DNA from: Phoronis australis
Taxonomy: Eukaryota; Animalia; Phoronida
Assembly (NCBI GenBank): GCA_002633005.1
Contig: NMRA01000685.1
Coordinates: 142,430-206,429, forward strand
Length of the DNA: 64,000 bases
Direction: 5' to 3'
Numbering within the stretch: the stretch's first letter is position 1; every line of letters starts with the position of its first letter. Positions 39,205-52,248 of this stretch are shown in pieces. A program made the position numbers and the translations under genes. The notes under the pieces are model-generated. The model ran no database searches. It had not been told where the DNA came from and worked only from the letters and a program-made list of their open reading frames with translations.

Positions 39205-40499
39205 TTTCTGAGCATCAAACTAAGCGAGTTTGGAAGATTGCGCAGTCCAAACTGTGTCTAAATGTGACTCTGTCACTGTCTGTAAAACAAGACCATCACG
39301 CGGGTACCGTCATCCAACGTTTATCTGAAATGAATTTGAAAGCTGTGCCCGTAAGTAATTGCCGCCACATGACAACATAAATCATTCACAGGAGATTCGC
39401 AAAAATCCAATATTTTCTTATGAAATTCCGAACGGAGGTACCACTTACTAATCTCTGCTTTATTTTCAGATGGTTTTGGGCTACCTTCAACATCACAGTT
39501 GGAGTTAGGGGTAGACATTTATGTTAGGTGGACATACGACGTGTAGTGATCATGATGAAAAAGTAGATGAACGCAAAGTTTATTTATAACTAAGGCTATA
39601 ACTACTTCACATTAAAATAGAACTGACTGTACTTCGGGAGCAAGTTTTCTGTTACACAGAATTTGTTGAATGCACGACACTTTTCATTGTTCACGGTCTT
39701 TATTCCGTTGCGTTCATACTTTCTGAACAAAACTCTACTCTCTACTGAACATAGATACAGTAACTGACCTAGCGACATAATTAAAAGACACACGATATTT
39801 CGAAACATACTTGTTTCATTCTCAAGTGAAGATAAAATGACGCAGTAATGCCACCACAGAGTATAAGCTGAACGACACACACAGTGAGACACGGCGGGTG
39901 TGAAATACTGCAAAGAATGACTAATGAATTGGGGTAACAGGAAAGTCACGCAAACAAGTGTAACGTAAAATAGAACAGTGAAAATATACTGGAAATGTAC
40001 CGGTAATCGCATTGTTTTTGTGATGACCGTGCACATGTCGAAAGAGGGTACTCAAAGAACTCTTACTATCATAAACAAAGATTTCAGCGGTTTTTTGTCT
40101 GTGGAGTTAAAGTTTACCTCGTGAACCGTTATAGGTACCTCTGAAAGGAGCAAAAATACAACTTACTACGGATGCCCCTTCTCCCATATTTTCCCAGTTA
40201 CCCGTCAAAAGTCTGCAAGCATGCCTGCGGAAATTGCTTGTAACATTCCGTTTTGATAAACAATTTCGCTGGTTTCTGATTTACTTTATGTGTCTACGAA
40301 AATCAAGAGATTCAAAGATGATTCTTGACAATTAGAAGCTAATCATGTAAGAATTGATGACGTTTCAGTGAATTTAATTGCAGCCTGAAGTTGGAAAAAC
40401 TCTATAATCCGATCCCCAAATAGTAAAGTACACTTATCTAAATTTACTTTCAAAGACATTGATCAAATTCGGACTAACAAACCGTAGATAATAAAAAGT

Positions 40500-40782
40500 T
40501 TTAAAAATCCTTAAATAAATAAAATTAAACTCATTGCTTGGAAAGGTTGTCTTTGTACTTCCTTGGTGTTCTTAGTTTCCAGTAGTATTGAGCAATGGAT
40601 TTTTGTTCTTCAAAACTGAGTTGATTGCTTGTCATGATTCGCGTGCATGCCATGACTGCCGTACCCACGTTAAAAATAAGATGTAACCATGCAAGAGGCT
40701 CGCGCACAATCTCAGTGATCCACGGGAACTGAATTTGAACTCCAGGCGTACAGGAAGTGTATACATTTTTTGGACACACTAT
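40500..40782 (-). mobile_element. Tc1/mariner 5' end remnant (TIR plus DUF4817-like HTH start)
   Basis: The minus strand 'tagtgtgtccaaaaaatg' is TIR-like; peptide LSFEEQKSIAQYYWK. Confidence 0.5.
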
Positions 40783-41188
40783 CTTTTTCCCGAGCCACCA
40801 GAAACTGGAATACCTGTCGTGTTTCAACTAGGCATTTTGAAACAGCAACAAAAGCACTATACCAGGGACTTTGAGACCTCATCTTTTCAAAAAATAACAA
40901 ACTTCTTCAAAGAATGACCATAATGAAATAAAGATTTCCTGAAACTTAAGCGCAATAAAACGAATCTTGCGCTTAGAACGAGCGCCGACGGCCGATACGA
41001 GCTGCCTGTCTTAAGTGAATCACAGCTGAGCTGACCAGCAACTAGCTTTAGTTCATAGGGAATTTCGTATTTTCACACTGTTAAATCTTAACTATAGCTA
41101 CTTGAGGCAGCTCCTCGCTACCGGTCAGTTTACTGGTCCTAGGCCCATTCTTACTCAACTCTTGATGGCTTCATCCCCGGGATTGTCT

Positions 41189-41350
41189 CAGGGGCGGATC
41201 CAGGATTTCGGGTTGGCGGGGGGGGAACAGGGCAGAGTATTAGCCAGGGTTTTACCTGTCAGAAATTCGGACCCTCGAACTGCCAAATGGATTCTGGGAG
41301 AGTTTTAGGGGAGAGGCATGGCGCCTTGGCCATCCCTAAATCCGCCACTG
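41189..41350. mobile_element. hAT-type MITE family, copy 2
   Basis: 'caggggcggatccagg' ... 'cctaaatccgccactg'. Confidence 0.75.
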
Positions 41351-42299
41351 TGCCCCCCACCGAGGGCGGACGTGGGAGATTCGGTACAAATCAAATATGG
41401 TGGCATCGGGAGCACGGGGGGCGAGGAGGGGGTGGCGGAAGTGGTGGTAATGAGAGGGGGAGGTTGTTTGGCGAAGTCGAAATGGTTTGTGCCCCCCCCA
41501 ATAATTTTTGCCTTCCCACGGGCCTGTTGAATACAAAAAAATGGAAATTAAGGCCCCATTGAAAGTGTCGCTAAAATAACATAAACAGGCATGTACACGT
41601 GTACACTGAAAAGGAGTGACGACTGAAAACCAAGCCATCACAGCCTAATTATATTTGGATAGGGCGAGGTGAAGACCCAGAACTGAATGAGCAATCACTG
41701 AGCTGCACCCTGAAAAAGGTTGTAAACATTACGATAAAATATACCACTGCAAAATGAGTTGAAGACTTGGGAATAAATCACCAGAATGATGAAAAACAAC
41801 ATGATACCGACGACTAATTTGCGAGAAGAGTGTATTACTGACACCTTTAATTCCTCAGTCAAATTAAATGTTGCCTTTTTATGAAATATTGCCATATTTT
41901 GATAAGATAATGATAATCGCACCTCGTTCTGCAGGATAGACGCATTGAATAATCAAGTCGGATTTTTGTTGCATTGATGACGGTGAAAAGTCATGCTGGT
42001 TTCCCACATGCTCAGTTGACCACATGCGAGGTTATACAACAAGGTGGTGATTAGAGAGCATTCTTGCATGCAGCTGCGGGTATTGCAATTCTCCTGTAAA
42101 AGTGCACCCGTTACGCGTTGTGCATTCACAATGAGCCAGAATCAAAAATGTTTATTGTATGTAGGCCTTGGCTTCATAATACATCACAGCTTTAAAACGG
42201 TCGATAGGTGTACACGTGTTTCGAAAATCATCTCATTTTTTGTGATTTATTAGTCTTTTGAGACTTTTCTGTGGTGATAAACAATCTGTGAAAACTCTA

Positions 42300-43960
42300 C
42301 TGGCAGTACTAGTTGAGTGAGATTGCACTTCGTGGAGGTAATTCGTTACAAAATGCAAGCTTCAACGTCTAGAGTGCAAACACGACCAGTCAATAACACT
42401 CCCGAGGGAAATCATCGTGGCGGTAATGCCTGCTCAGGAGGGTCAAGTTCGAAAGACATCCGAGACTATGGTACTACTGCTAAAGGTATGTCTAAACAAT
42501 CAAACCTTGCTGGGAGAAATGGCTGTGGTACTTGAAAAACTGGATCAACTCCACGAACTTTACAATAACATCTCTCTGCTGCAAACCAAAAATGCTCGCT
42601 TAGAGGCCCGTGTCACTGATGGAAGACCCCTCTAACACCGAAGGCCACAGGGTTAATGAAGAAACGTGGGGCGACTTGGAAACCAAAGTTCGTGAATTTA
42701 TGACTGCCCAGCTGTGTTAAGTGACGAAATGATTATCGGTTGCTCAGAGCAAGAAGTGAAACCAGGCCGATCACTGATATTTAAACTTTAAAATTTATTT
42801 ATTAAAATATCTACGAAGACACTGAAAAACTACCAGAACATGCAAGACAAAGGGTAAAGGGCAACCATACATTCATTGTGACGAGGGTCTATGCACCAAA
42901 GGTCAAAACTGCATGCAGCCTCGGCGGCCGCTGTTGGTAAGAAGGCGAAACTGCTTATATAGCGTACAATAAGCTGGTAATCCGAAACAAACGGTACATA
43001 TATGACGTGAATGATGACGTCATTGAAAGCCGTTCTGGAGAAGTCGGTCAACAATAGGATGCAGGCCGAGGTCCTTCGGTGAAACGCTGGTCATTCGAGG
43101 GTTTTCAAATCGCGGCGTGAAATGCTCAAGGTTTGGAAACAAAGGTTTTGAACAGAGAGGAACCAGACATTCATGAATTGTTTGATTTTCTTGATACACG
43201 TGTCATTGTAGGAATTGGTGAATCATGCGCTAAAAGTAGTAATGAAATGCAACAGTACTACGAAAATGATAGAACAAAGAGCTCTGTCCTCTGTAGATAT
43301 TCGGGGGGTGTTGCTCTCCTGTTAGATAAACATCATGAAAAATCTGTCATTAAAGCCTAACTTTAACGGAATTTTGTTACTTTAAATGTATTAGGTTAAC
43401 CAGATAGCCCTATCAAAGCTTTATTAAAATGAGAAAACGCGAGTGATAAGTGAAGCTGCCTTTTCGTGCCATGTTGCGCCACCGCGAGATCCCAGCTCAA
43501 ACAACAAAAGGTTGTATTGAATAGGGGTCTAGCATTGCGTGCGGGTGTTAAAAGGTGATTCTCGTGGTGACGTAGACAAAAGCGAGTCAATACGCCTAAC
43601 AGGTCGTTACATTTGGCAATTTATGGCACTAGTGGGTTCAGAGCAATGCTCTTAACATACTGTAGGAACCAATTTTACATGTGTTACCGTTGAAGACAGG
43701 CTTCAAGACCTATACTTAATACTCTGATGTTTTCCCGTTGTGATTTCTGACGGCTCCAGATTTACGTTAGATAGAAATTTGAGAGTAGTAGCCGCTTTTG
43801 TCACCCCTGAGGGCTCACCTACTTACCATGATAGTAAAAAACAAAAATGCCATTGTTTGAAGAAACATTATTTTTTTATATTGTATCTTTGTATGAGAAA
43901 GAATTATACGTTATTCTGTTATGAGATTTTAATGCAAGGACAGCATCACATTTGACAATT
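42300..43960 (+). mobile_element. Degraded LINE 5' part (ORF1 coiled coil plus AP-endonuclease), interrupted
   Basis: ORF1-like LQTKNARLEARV and EETWGDLETKVREF; endonuclease motifs NAQGL, SGGVALLL, FVTPEGSPTY and (*)DFNART. Confidence 0.7.
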
Positions 43961-44032
43961 TCTGCGAGTGTAGTGACACCCATGTAGCCCTGAGTGTCTT
44001 TCTTAGTCCGCACCATGAATATTAGGCCATAG

Positions 44033-45310
44033 TCCCAGCTCTCCTATCTTTCATTTCCGTGGCCACCTTCTGGGGGGCAACGGAGACTTTGCATTAAACC
44101 CATCTACAAATGTTCAAAAGTCAATTTCAAAAAAGTTCCCAAGAATACACTTGCACGTTTAGTAAGAATTTTAATATAAAAGTTGAAAAAATATAACCTC
44201 AACTAATATGTTAGCCACCAGGTGTCAGTGCAAAATTATCCGAACAGCCAATCAAATGCCAGGAAAATATTGTGTCCATACCTTTCCCCTTCAACAGCCG
44301 TCTGCTTGGCATCATAGATGATAGTCTATGTTGGCATGAAAACCTTCATCAGAGGACAGTCAGCTGATGTTATCCTGCTGGCTTAACTAGCTAGTTTACT
44401 GCTACTGATTACATTGGATTGTATTAATTCTTGGATGGGTGTGCAAGTAATAGGCATTACCACGGGCCAAGGCTCAAAAACCAGCAGGCAGTGAGTTAGT
44501 AATTGATGAAAGCCAAATCAAGTGGCCACCAGTGTCATCGTACTTAAACAATTCTTGGCACATTCCTGAATCATTTTGTGTTTCGCAAAGAACAATTTTG
44601 GGACAGCTAGGACTCTGCTGAAACCATGAATTATTCAACGAGTGTGCGACTTCAGAATAGACTGGCAAGATGTCTGTCGCTTATTGCATTCATGTGTCAG
44701 CTTCTGTTCAAATTTCTGAGCTGGAATTTTTAGATATTACCTGGTGTAAGGCTACTGCAAACAAACGTATCAACATTGAGTGCAAGAGAAGTATCTTTGC
44801 TGATAAGTTTTTAAGTGTTTATGAAAAAACAGAGCTCTTGTCATGCGCAGGAGTGGGGGGCTCGGGGACTTGAACGAGCCCCCCCCTGGTAAAGTGGGTG
44901 AAAAGGTCAGCCTCAGAGAAACAAAAACTCCGAAAAAGTAGAAAATGAGACAAAAGTTCACTAAAAAGGTAGGAACCACCAAAATTTGACGAACGCACAA
45001 TTCGTAGCTCTGAAGTACCCCATGAATCTTAATAAATGTTCACATTCTCAAAAACTCGAGCCCTCCAGTTTTAGGCTTGGTGCGTGCATGCTTCTATCAC
45101 AAGCAATGTTACAGACTCTTAACGGATGTAACAAAAATTGAAAGAGCTCTTAAAAAAGAAAAAGACCAAGCTGATGATGGAAATAATTTTGAGCCCACTA
45201 GAAAATTAAAGAGATTGTCACTGTCACTTACATGTACATTTAACAGTGCTCAAAGAAATATACCCTACATGTCTTGCCATCACAATGAACCATTTGCAAC
45301 AAATCATATT
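44033..45310 (+). mobile_element. Academ-like DNA transposon remnant
   Basis: TAG-starting end 'tagtcccagctctcc' and peptide FYHKQCYRLLTDVTKIERALKK (YH..CY..T motif). Confidence 0.4.
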
Positions 45311-45892
45311 TAATCACAGAGGAACTTCACAAACAAAAGAAAAGTTGAAAACCGATCCCAGTTCCAAACATTCAGGCAATTGTAAATACGCCTACCTATT
45401 CTTAATTTGAAAAAGTGTCAATTATGGTAAATAATCTTTAGTTTAGGTCACAGAACAAAAATTATTTTGCTTGATAAATTTGTTGTAATAGTGGTCTCAA
45501 TCACAAATGTACTGGCAGTAGTTTTTACCTACATGTAAGTGATCAGCAGTGCTTTTTATGAACTTCTAAGCCTATTTTGAGATCCTTTTATGTAAAATCA
45601 TGAGCAGTATTTGGAATTTGAGAAATATAAAAATGGAAATATTGCCTGTGTTCTGTAATTTATTTATCTTGAAAATTTAAATGTTGCACAGATTTCAGTA
45701 TCTCACGTTTTGAAGATTCTTGAATTGGAGTTTTTAGCAAAGGAAAATTTTTACTCTTCCAATTATATGCTATTGAAAACAGGAAGCGCCAAATGAATAG
45801 CTCTACAGTTAAAAAGACGTTTTTCAATTTCAAACAAAAACTATTGCCAAAATAACCGTTCTCTATTTTCAAAGGCTGAACTACAGTATTAA

Positions 45893-47391
45893 AGGAGAAT
45901 GCCACCAGGCGTGCGTTCAGTAGACGCTAGGACCTACGCTAGGACCTAGCTAAAACCTAGTCAAAGTCACGTGCTCTCATTTAAAATGCACGGCGAAATC
46001 TCACGTAATCTCGCGAAGTCTTGCTTTTTAGCGAGGTCCTAGCGTTACTGAACGGGAGGCAGATTTAATTAGTCTTTTTTGCCGTCTTAATCGATCTATA
46101 TCCACATCGCCTCGCATACGGTTGAGCTTACCTTGCCAAGAGGTGTCGCGTTAACCTGTGAGGAAGGTGAGAAACGACGCTAGCGACGTCAGTGGTTCAT
46201 ATGCAGAGTGAATGCCGCTATGTTGCGGTGCATCGTTCCCGCTTGTCCTAACTAAGCAGCTGCGAGGAAAGCGGGTATATCGTTTTTTTTTTACTTCCTC
46301 GAGAGTCCGAAATGCTTAGGAAGTGGCTCATGGTAGTGAAGAATGAAATGTACGCTGTAAATAGCAAGTATGAGGCCGTGAAACATCTCCATGTCTGTGG
46401 CCTGCAGACGTCGACTGTGCCTGACGAATGCCGGCTTACCAAATAGCTCCATACTTTCCGTTCAGTGTTGTTGAGCTTGTTCACGGCGCCTCTCTAGTAT
46501 CCTGTTCGAATTGATAGCCTGTAAAACTTAACGATCCACCTGCGAAGTCGGCCCGGGGATTGCGAGATGCCATTTTGGCGTTTATTACTGAGCGTCTGTC
46601 TCATTAGATGCAGTTGGAGTGTTCGTGAGAGCAAATGATTTGAGAAGCCAGCAATGAATAAATCACTGCGTTACCGGCTTTAGCTGCAATAAAACTAATT
46701 GACGGGACACCGAGGCCGTGTGAGCTCATGCTAATTTAGTGTTTGCTGGCAGAAACTGTTGTGAAACAACTCGATTTCCATCCCACGGCCAGGTGTTAGG
46801 GGAATTTTATTTACATTTACCTTACTCAAATAATGATTGTCAATGTACAACTTCTGCCCTGACCGGCGGTGCTTTGGCCAAAGCGGAACCTGAATTCGCG
46901 GACCCCGACGAGTAAGTAGATTTGCAGTTCCGTGGCTAATTCGCCAACATAATCACGTGCACATTACTTTGGCTCGCTAGTATAGTATTTTTGACTGGAA
47001 GTTTAGTTTCCACTGAACTTTGGCTGGTTTATGTTCGTGATGTCTGATGTCGAACTTTGTAGGCTACGGTGTGTCGAAATACCAATAAATCCGTAAGAGC
47101 GAAATAAAACAACACGTTTTTATAAGAACTCGGTGTATTTTTAAGGATTTTAAATCGACGTTTGATGATTTATCGGTGTTAAACGATGTCTTCAAGCGAT
47201 AAGCTGACACCAGTAACCCGTGTTGTGAACTGCTGAACAGACTGCGTGTGAAACCGATGACGTCATTAGATAATTTCAACACCTCCGTCTGCCGTCAGTT
47301 GTCAGGTAACGCAACCGTACGTGTCGTTATGGAGTAGAACTACTCGATCTAATTTGATACAAATTAGGCGTTTTTTGGGTGGCATGCTCCT
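45893..47391. mobile_element. Kolobok-like non-autonomous element with TTAA TSD; contains a nested small TIR element (~45910-46057)
   Basis: ttaa|aggagaatgccacc ... ggtggcatgctcct|ttaa; nested 'cgttcagtagacgctaggacct...aggtcctagcgttactgaacg'. Confidence 0.75.
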
Positions 47392-47489
47392 TTAACCAAT
47401 GACGACAGAGGTTCGAACGAAGTCTGTTCAGCTGTTCACAACACACTTACTAGTGTAAGGTTTTCGCTTGAATTCGTCATTTTACGCCA

Positions 47490-48725
47490 ACAAATCATCA
47501 CAATTCGATGTAAAACCCTTACAAATACATCGATTTATTGAAAAACGTGTTTTATTTCGCTGTAACGGATTTGTAGGTATTTAAACGTACCGTAGCCTAC
47601 AGAGTTCGGTAGGCCAATTTATCAAGGTCGGTCGCGGGAGTTTGGGGTTCGGTGATAATTTCGAATTATTCGTCCGTGAAATATTGACAAGAGAACATAG
47701 TTGTGTGTTGTAGACTTGTGATTTTTTCAGTTCTAAACACACAAAACGTTTGCTGCCACGAAATTCCGCAAGTGAAACGCCTTCTTGGAGAAGAGCAGAT
47801 GTGTCTCACGGATCATCCGGATTTTGCGCTGCGTCTAAACACAGGTGTGTCAATACAACGTTTTTTAGGCCGCTGAGAAAAAGAACTTCCTGGCGAAACA
47901 TCAGAGGACCAAAGAGAAGCCTGAAGAACGAGTCAGTCATCAAACAGGTTATGTAAAACGTTATGTTCTCACGCCTTGAACAAACTGTAATTGTTTGCCG
48001 TGTGTTTTCAAGGTCAACTACAATTACCCATTATCAAAAACAACCGAACCGCGTTTCTTTGTCACCTGCCTGTCGAACGCAACCACACAAGGCCTAACAT
48101 CTGACTTCAGCCTCAGTCTCTTTTTCTGTCCTGGCATGGGCGGTTTGATAAGCCGGCATTCGATCGTCAGTGAAATCACCTTCGGCGAAATGCCGGCCAC
48201 AGACGCGGAGAAGATTCACGGCCTCTTACTTGGTATTAACGGCGTATTTTTCATTCTTCACTACCGCGAACCACTTCAGAAGCATTAATGGGCTCTCGAG
48301 GAAATCAATAAAGCGGGATACCCGCTTTCCCATGCGCGCATCCAGCCTTTAATATGGGGGGGGGGGGGCGAATTTTTATCAAAGTGGACCTTTTGCTAAC
48401 AGAAAAGCGGAAGGACTAAAAAAAAAACAAAAACGGGGTACCACCTTCAGGTCTGTGAACTGTGCGTATGCGCCTTTTTTGTCTCGTTTTCTCGGACTTT
48501 CTGTACCCGCTCTGAGGCGGAACTTTTTACCCACTTCGCCAAATGGGAAGCTCGTTCGAGCCGTCTGAGCCTCCCCTGGGTGCGCGCATGTTTGCTCGCA
48601 GCTTCATAGTTCGCATAAGCGGCAGCGATACACCGCACCATAGCGACACTCACTCTACTGGCGTCGCTGCGTCGTTTCTCACCTTCCCCACAGGTTAACG
48701 CGACACCTCTCGGCGAGGTGAAGTG
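47490..48725. mobile_element. Second, inverted and partial copy of the same element family
   Basis: 48655-48723 is the reverse complement of 46131-46195; 48150-48335 of ~46263-46440; 47505-47610 of ~47050-47160. Confidence 0.7.
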
Positions 48726-48729
48726 GATA

Positions 48730-49060
48730 TACAGCGATTGTAAACAATAGGCTTAAACATATCATGGCAAGCATACAACATATACCGCACTCGCCACCAC
48801 ATTTGGCGTCGTTTTACTTAATCGAAATCGTCATGAACGCTTTCCGGCTATAAAATTGACAGTTGAGACACCCCAAAGCTCTGCACCATAGCTTACAATT
48901 GGTAGAATCATACCATCAAAATGCATTCAAGAACAAACGACTAATATCAAACGGTAGCACGACGCCCGTTTTACTTGGAGGAAACTAAAACTTACAATGA
49001 ACATTATTTTTATAGATAAGTTAAAGTACACGTGTTAGCGCGTGTTCTTTTATCCTAGCA
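48730..49060 (-). mobile_element. LINE (L2/CR1-group) RT C-terminal fragment
   Basis: Minus-strand peptide FDGMILPIVSYGAELWG. Confidence 0.65.
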
Positions 49061-52000
49061 TACAATTAAAACTGATACTTACGGTTTGCCGAGAAAGTAT
49101 TATTGATGTTTGAAATTAGGTAGTTATTAAGGTTGAAGTACAAAAAAATTGTTGCAAAAAGTAGCGCTGCAAAAATATACACGCCACAGGGTCAAGCCAA
49201 ATGCAAGTTCAAACTGGAATAAATCAAGTTAGCGGCAGAAATCTTGAAGCAGCCAATGAATTCCTCTCCATGTAAAATCAGGAACGCCGAGCTCGCGGTC
49301 ACGGTTAAAATTACCAAACGCAGCTGAGCGCCACCTCCTCAAAAATGAACAAGAATCAAAACAAATTTACAAAAGATGGATCTGCACGAGACAACAAAAG
49401 AACAAGCCTGAAACGAAGCAGAAGAAAAAACAAACCCAAATAGGCCAAATACATTCTAGGTACGCACGAAAGAGGAATTCAATCATGTATTGAAACTCGC
49501 GTAAAGAAATATTACTGAAGTGACATAACCAGCTAGGCTATGGCTTTCATTCAAACACAATAACATTTTAGGTGCAACCTGGGACTCGATCGTCTTCGTG
49601 ACCTGAACAAAAGGCCGGGACTTAAATTCCATTTCAGTGATTTGCTACAGTCTCGCATTCTATCAAAATACATAAGTTGACTTTGATCAGATTTTTGCAG
49701 TCGATCAGTGTCTCAACTAATTCCTTACTCAATTTTTACTAGCTACTGAGTGGACTTGAAATACCTCAGCGGTGATTGCATGCTGGAGGCTACGGGCCGG
49801 CGAACAGGTGGTTCGTTGTTGATTGACTGACGGAGGTCAGGATTATCAAGCAACAGTCAGACGACTTTGGATCATTTTAGAAAAAAAAACATGTCTATGA
49901 GACTCATACTACTCCTTACGGAGATATGATTCGATTTCCCTTCAACTCAGGGTTACAGGCAATGCGTACAGATCGATAAGCCCTTTTCGCAAGGGTTCGC
50001 CAACTCAGTTGTGGGATTTTCACTGAAACAGTACGTACACTTACCTTCAGTTGTTGTGCAATTAGAATGGTTTATTATACAACTCGTGGCTGCGGTTCCA
50101 TGAAATATGATTCATATGCATAGGTCGTGTGCGTTGTGAAAAACATGCTGCTACAGTAGTTAGTCTGATGTTTTGATGTTCTTGTTGGTAACGATACAAA
50201 CATAACACGGCCATGGCAGTGATATTACGAGAGTAAAATGCGTAATTCAATTTTCGTTTTTAGCTTGCTCTAAACATGGTGAAACCAGCTTTAAGGATCT
50301 GTCCCACTAACGCTTGCTCGAACTTAGCTCAGGGCTAAAAGTATCTATATATGGACTTAATGAGGAGGAACTTCTCGATGTTGACAACTAAGGGAGTACT
50401 CCGAACGATAAGTGAGGTCGTGTTTACTTAACCAGGAATTGCTCTATTATTGGTGCTGTTATGCCAGCACTGCCCCTTGTCACATGATTCACCCATTCCT
50501 TTTAAAGCTCGATCGTTCAGTGACTGGTCATGTGACAAAACAACAACATATATAATGACAACATCATTGGGTACACTGCTATCAGCCGCTGTTACACACG
50601 TGAAGCAAGAACACCTCATACTCAGAAGAAAACAAAGTCTACAAGGTTGAAACTTTGAGTTTTTGCCTTGCACATATCTGGTAAGTTGTGTTCATTGTAT
50701 CCCAGTTTGACCTAAAGATGAAACTTGAATTGTTTGGTCCACGTTGTTTTGCATTTATGTAGTTGGCTTTTCGCCAATACCTTTGTTCGTCACTGGTTAA
50801 AGCCGGATAAACTTGCAATCGATCACAGCCGGAATTAAACTGGCACAAGAGTTATCGATGTCAATGTGACCCGGTCATAGGTCATCGCTACAAATCCGGA
50901 TTGACAGAGTAATTGAAATTAATTGTTCGAGGTCAGAAAAAAAACAACCAGTTTTTATTTGCTAATGCATGAACTATACTTTTCTTCAATGTGGTACTGT
51001 TCTAAAATACATGTGTAATATGTTTTCATGTAATTTTTTGTATTTCACCAAGACATAATGTTTTGGGGATTGCGATTTCGCTCAAATAATTATCGATTAA
51101 CAAGATATTGGATAACTTTTTCTGGTAACTAACCGTATTAACACGGTGTGAAGGACACTTTTAACACACTGTATTTGGTGAATGCAAAATCAGTAAGGAC
51201 GAATGAATTTCTTACTTCTAAGATAAACCTACTTTCAAACAGGGCCTATGTTCGGATATTATCGATATAAAAGAAAAACTCGAGTATAGCGATGTTTCTA
51301 AACCCAGTTTTTTGTTTCACGAAACTACTTTATTGTTTTCCGCCCGTGCATACAGACGAGTATTCCAAATTTCCGTAAACAATTTTCCAAGTGCAGTCCT
51401 GTCATTTTTTCGTCGTTAACATTACCCAGGAGCTTAAATTAAGGAAGCCACAACGCATCACACCACATTTGTGGATGAGTTCCAGTTTGGAAAATTAAAT
51501 TAAACGAACGATGTAAAATTGGAATATTGATCCGTCGATCCCAACAGCGTTGCCGTTAGGAAACTGTCAGATTACGCTACAAATTCCACTCGGTTGCAGT
51601 TATTTTTCCCTAAAATTCCAGTAGGAGATTAGATTCACAGCTTTGACGATAGGTGACGCGACTTGTAGGAGTGTCACAGATACCTCAATAATGAATTTCT
51701 GTTGGTACGTCTTGATTCAACAAAGCTCTGGAATAACTATGCAACCTTTCTGGTGTTATCTACGGCGAGGACTTTGTCGGCACAACACTTAAGCTTTTAG
51801 TGCTTTCCGGAGTTTCTTAGAGTCATTTTGACTACATGTGAGTCTCGTATTTCAACATACCTGTCCTCAATTGGTCGCTCTGATAGTCACACCCACACAC
51901 TGCACCCTGCAGGCGTATTTGCTGGGGAATCTCATCCGAAAACCAGAAATATCCGAGAAATTTTTGCAAAATGGCGGGAAGGTCTATTGGAGTTGCTTTC

Positions 52001-52248
52001 CATAAGGGTAGAGTCTTGTTTAACTAAACATGTCATGTTTTCAAATATGAAGTTCAAATATGAAGGAAAAATTCAGGCACAAATGCCGGCGCCACTAGAA
52101 ATGTATTGTCATGAGTACCACCATTCCAGATTACCACTCCAAACCTTTAGTCCTTTATCATTTACGTGAATCACAAATTGCATTTTCAAACTAGATCTAA
52201 TGTGTGTATACAACTTTAATGACTTCACGTGCTTTTTTCAGAAACACT

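Noticed and set aside
39602-40036. 144-aa hydrophobic ORF upstream of the GPCR
   Set aside because: No motif; consistent with a chance ORF in T-rich sequence.
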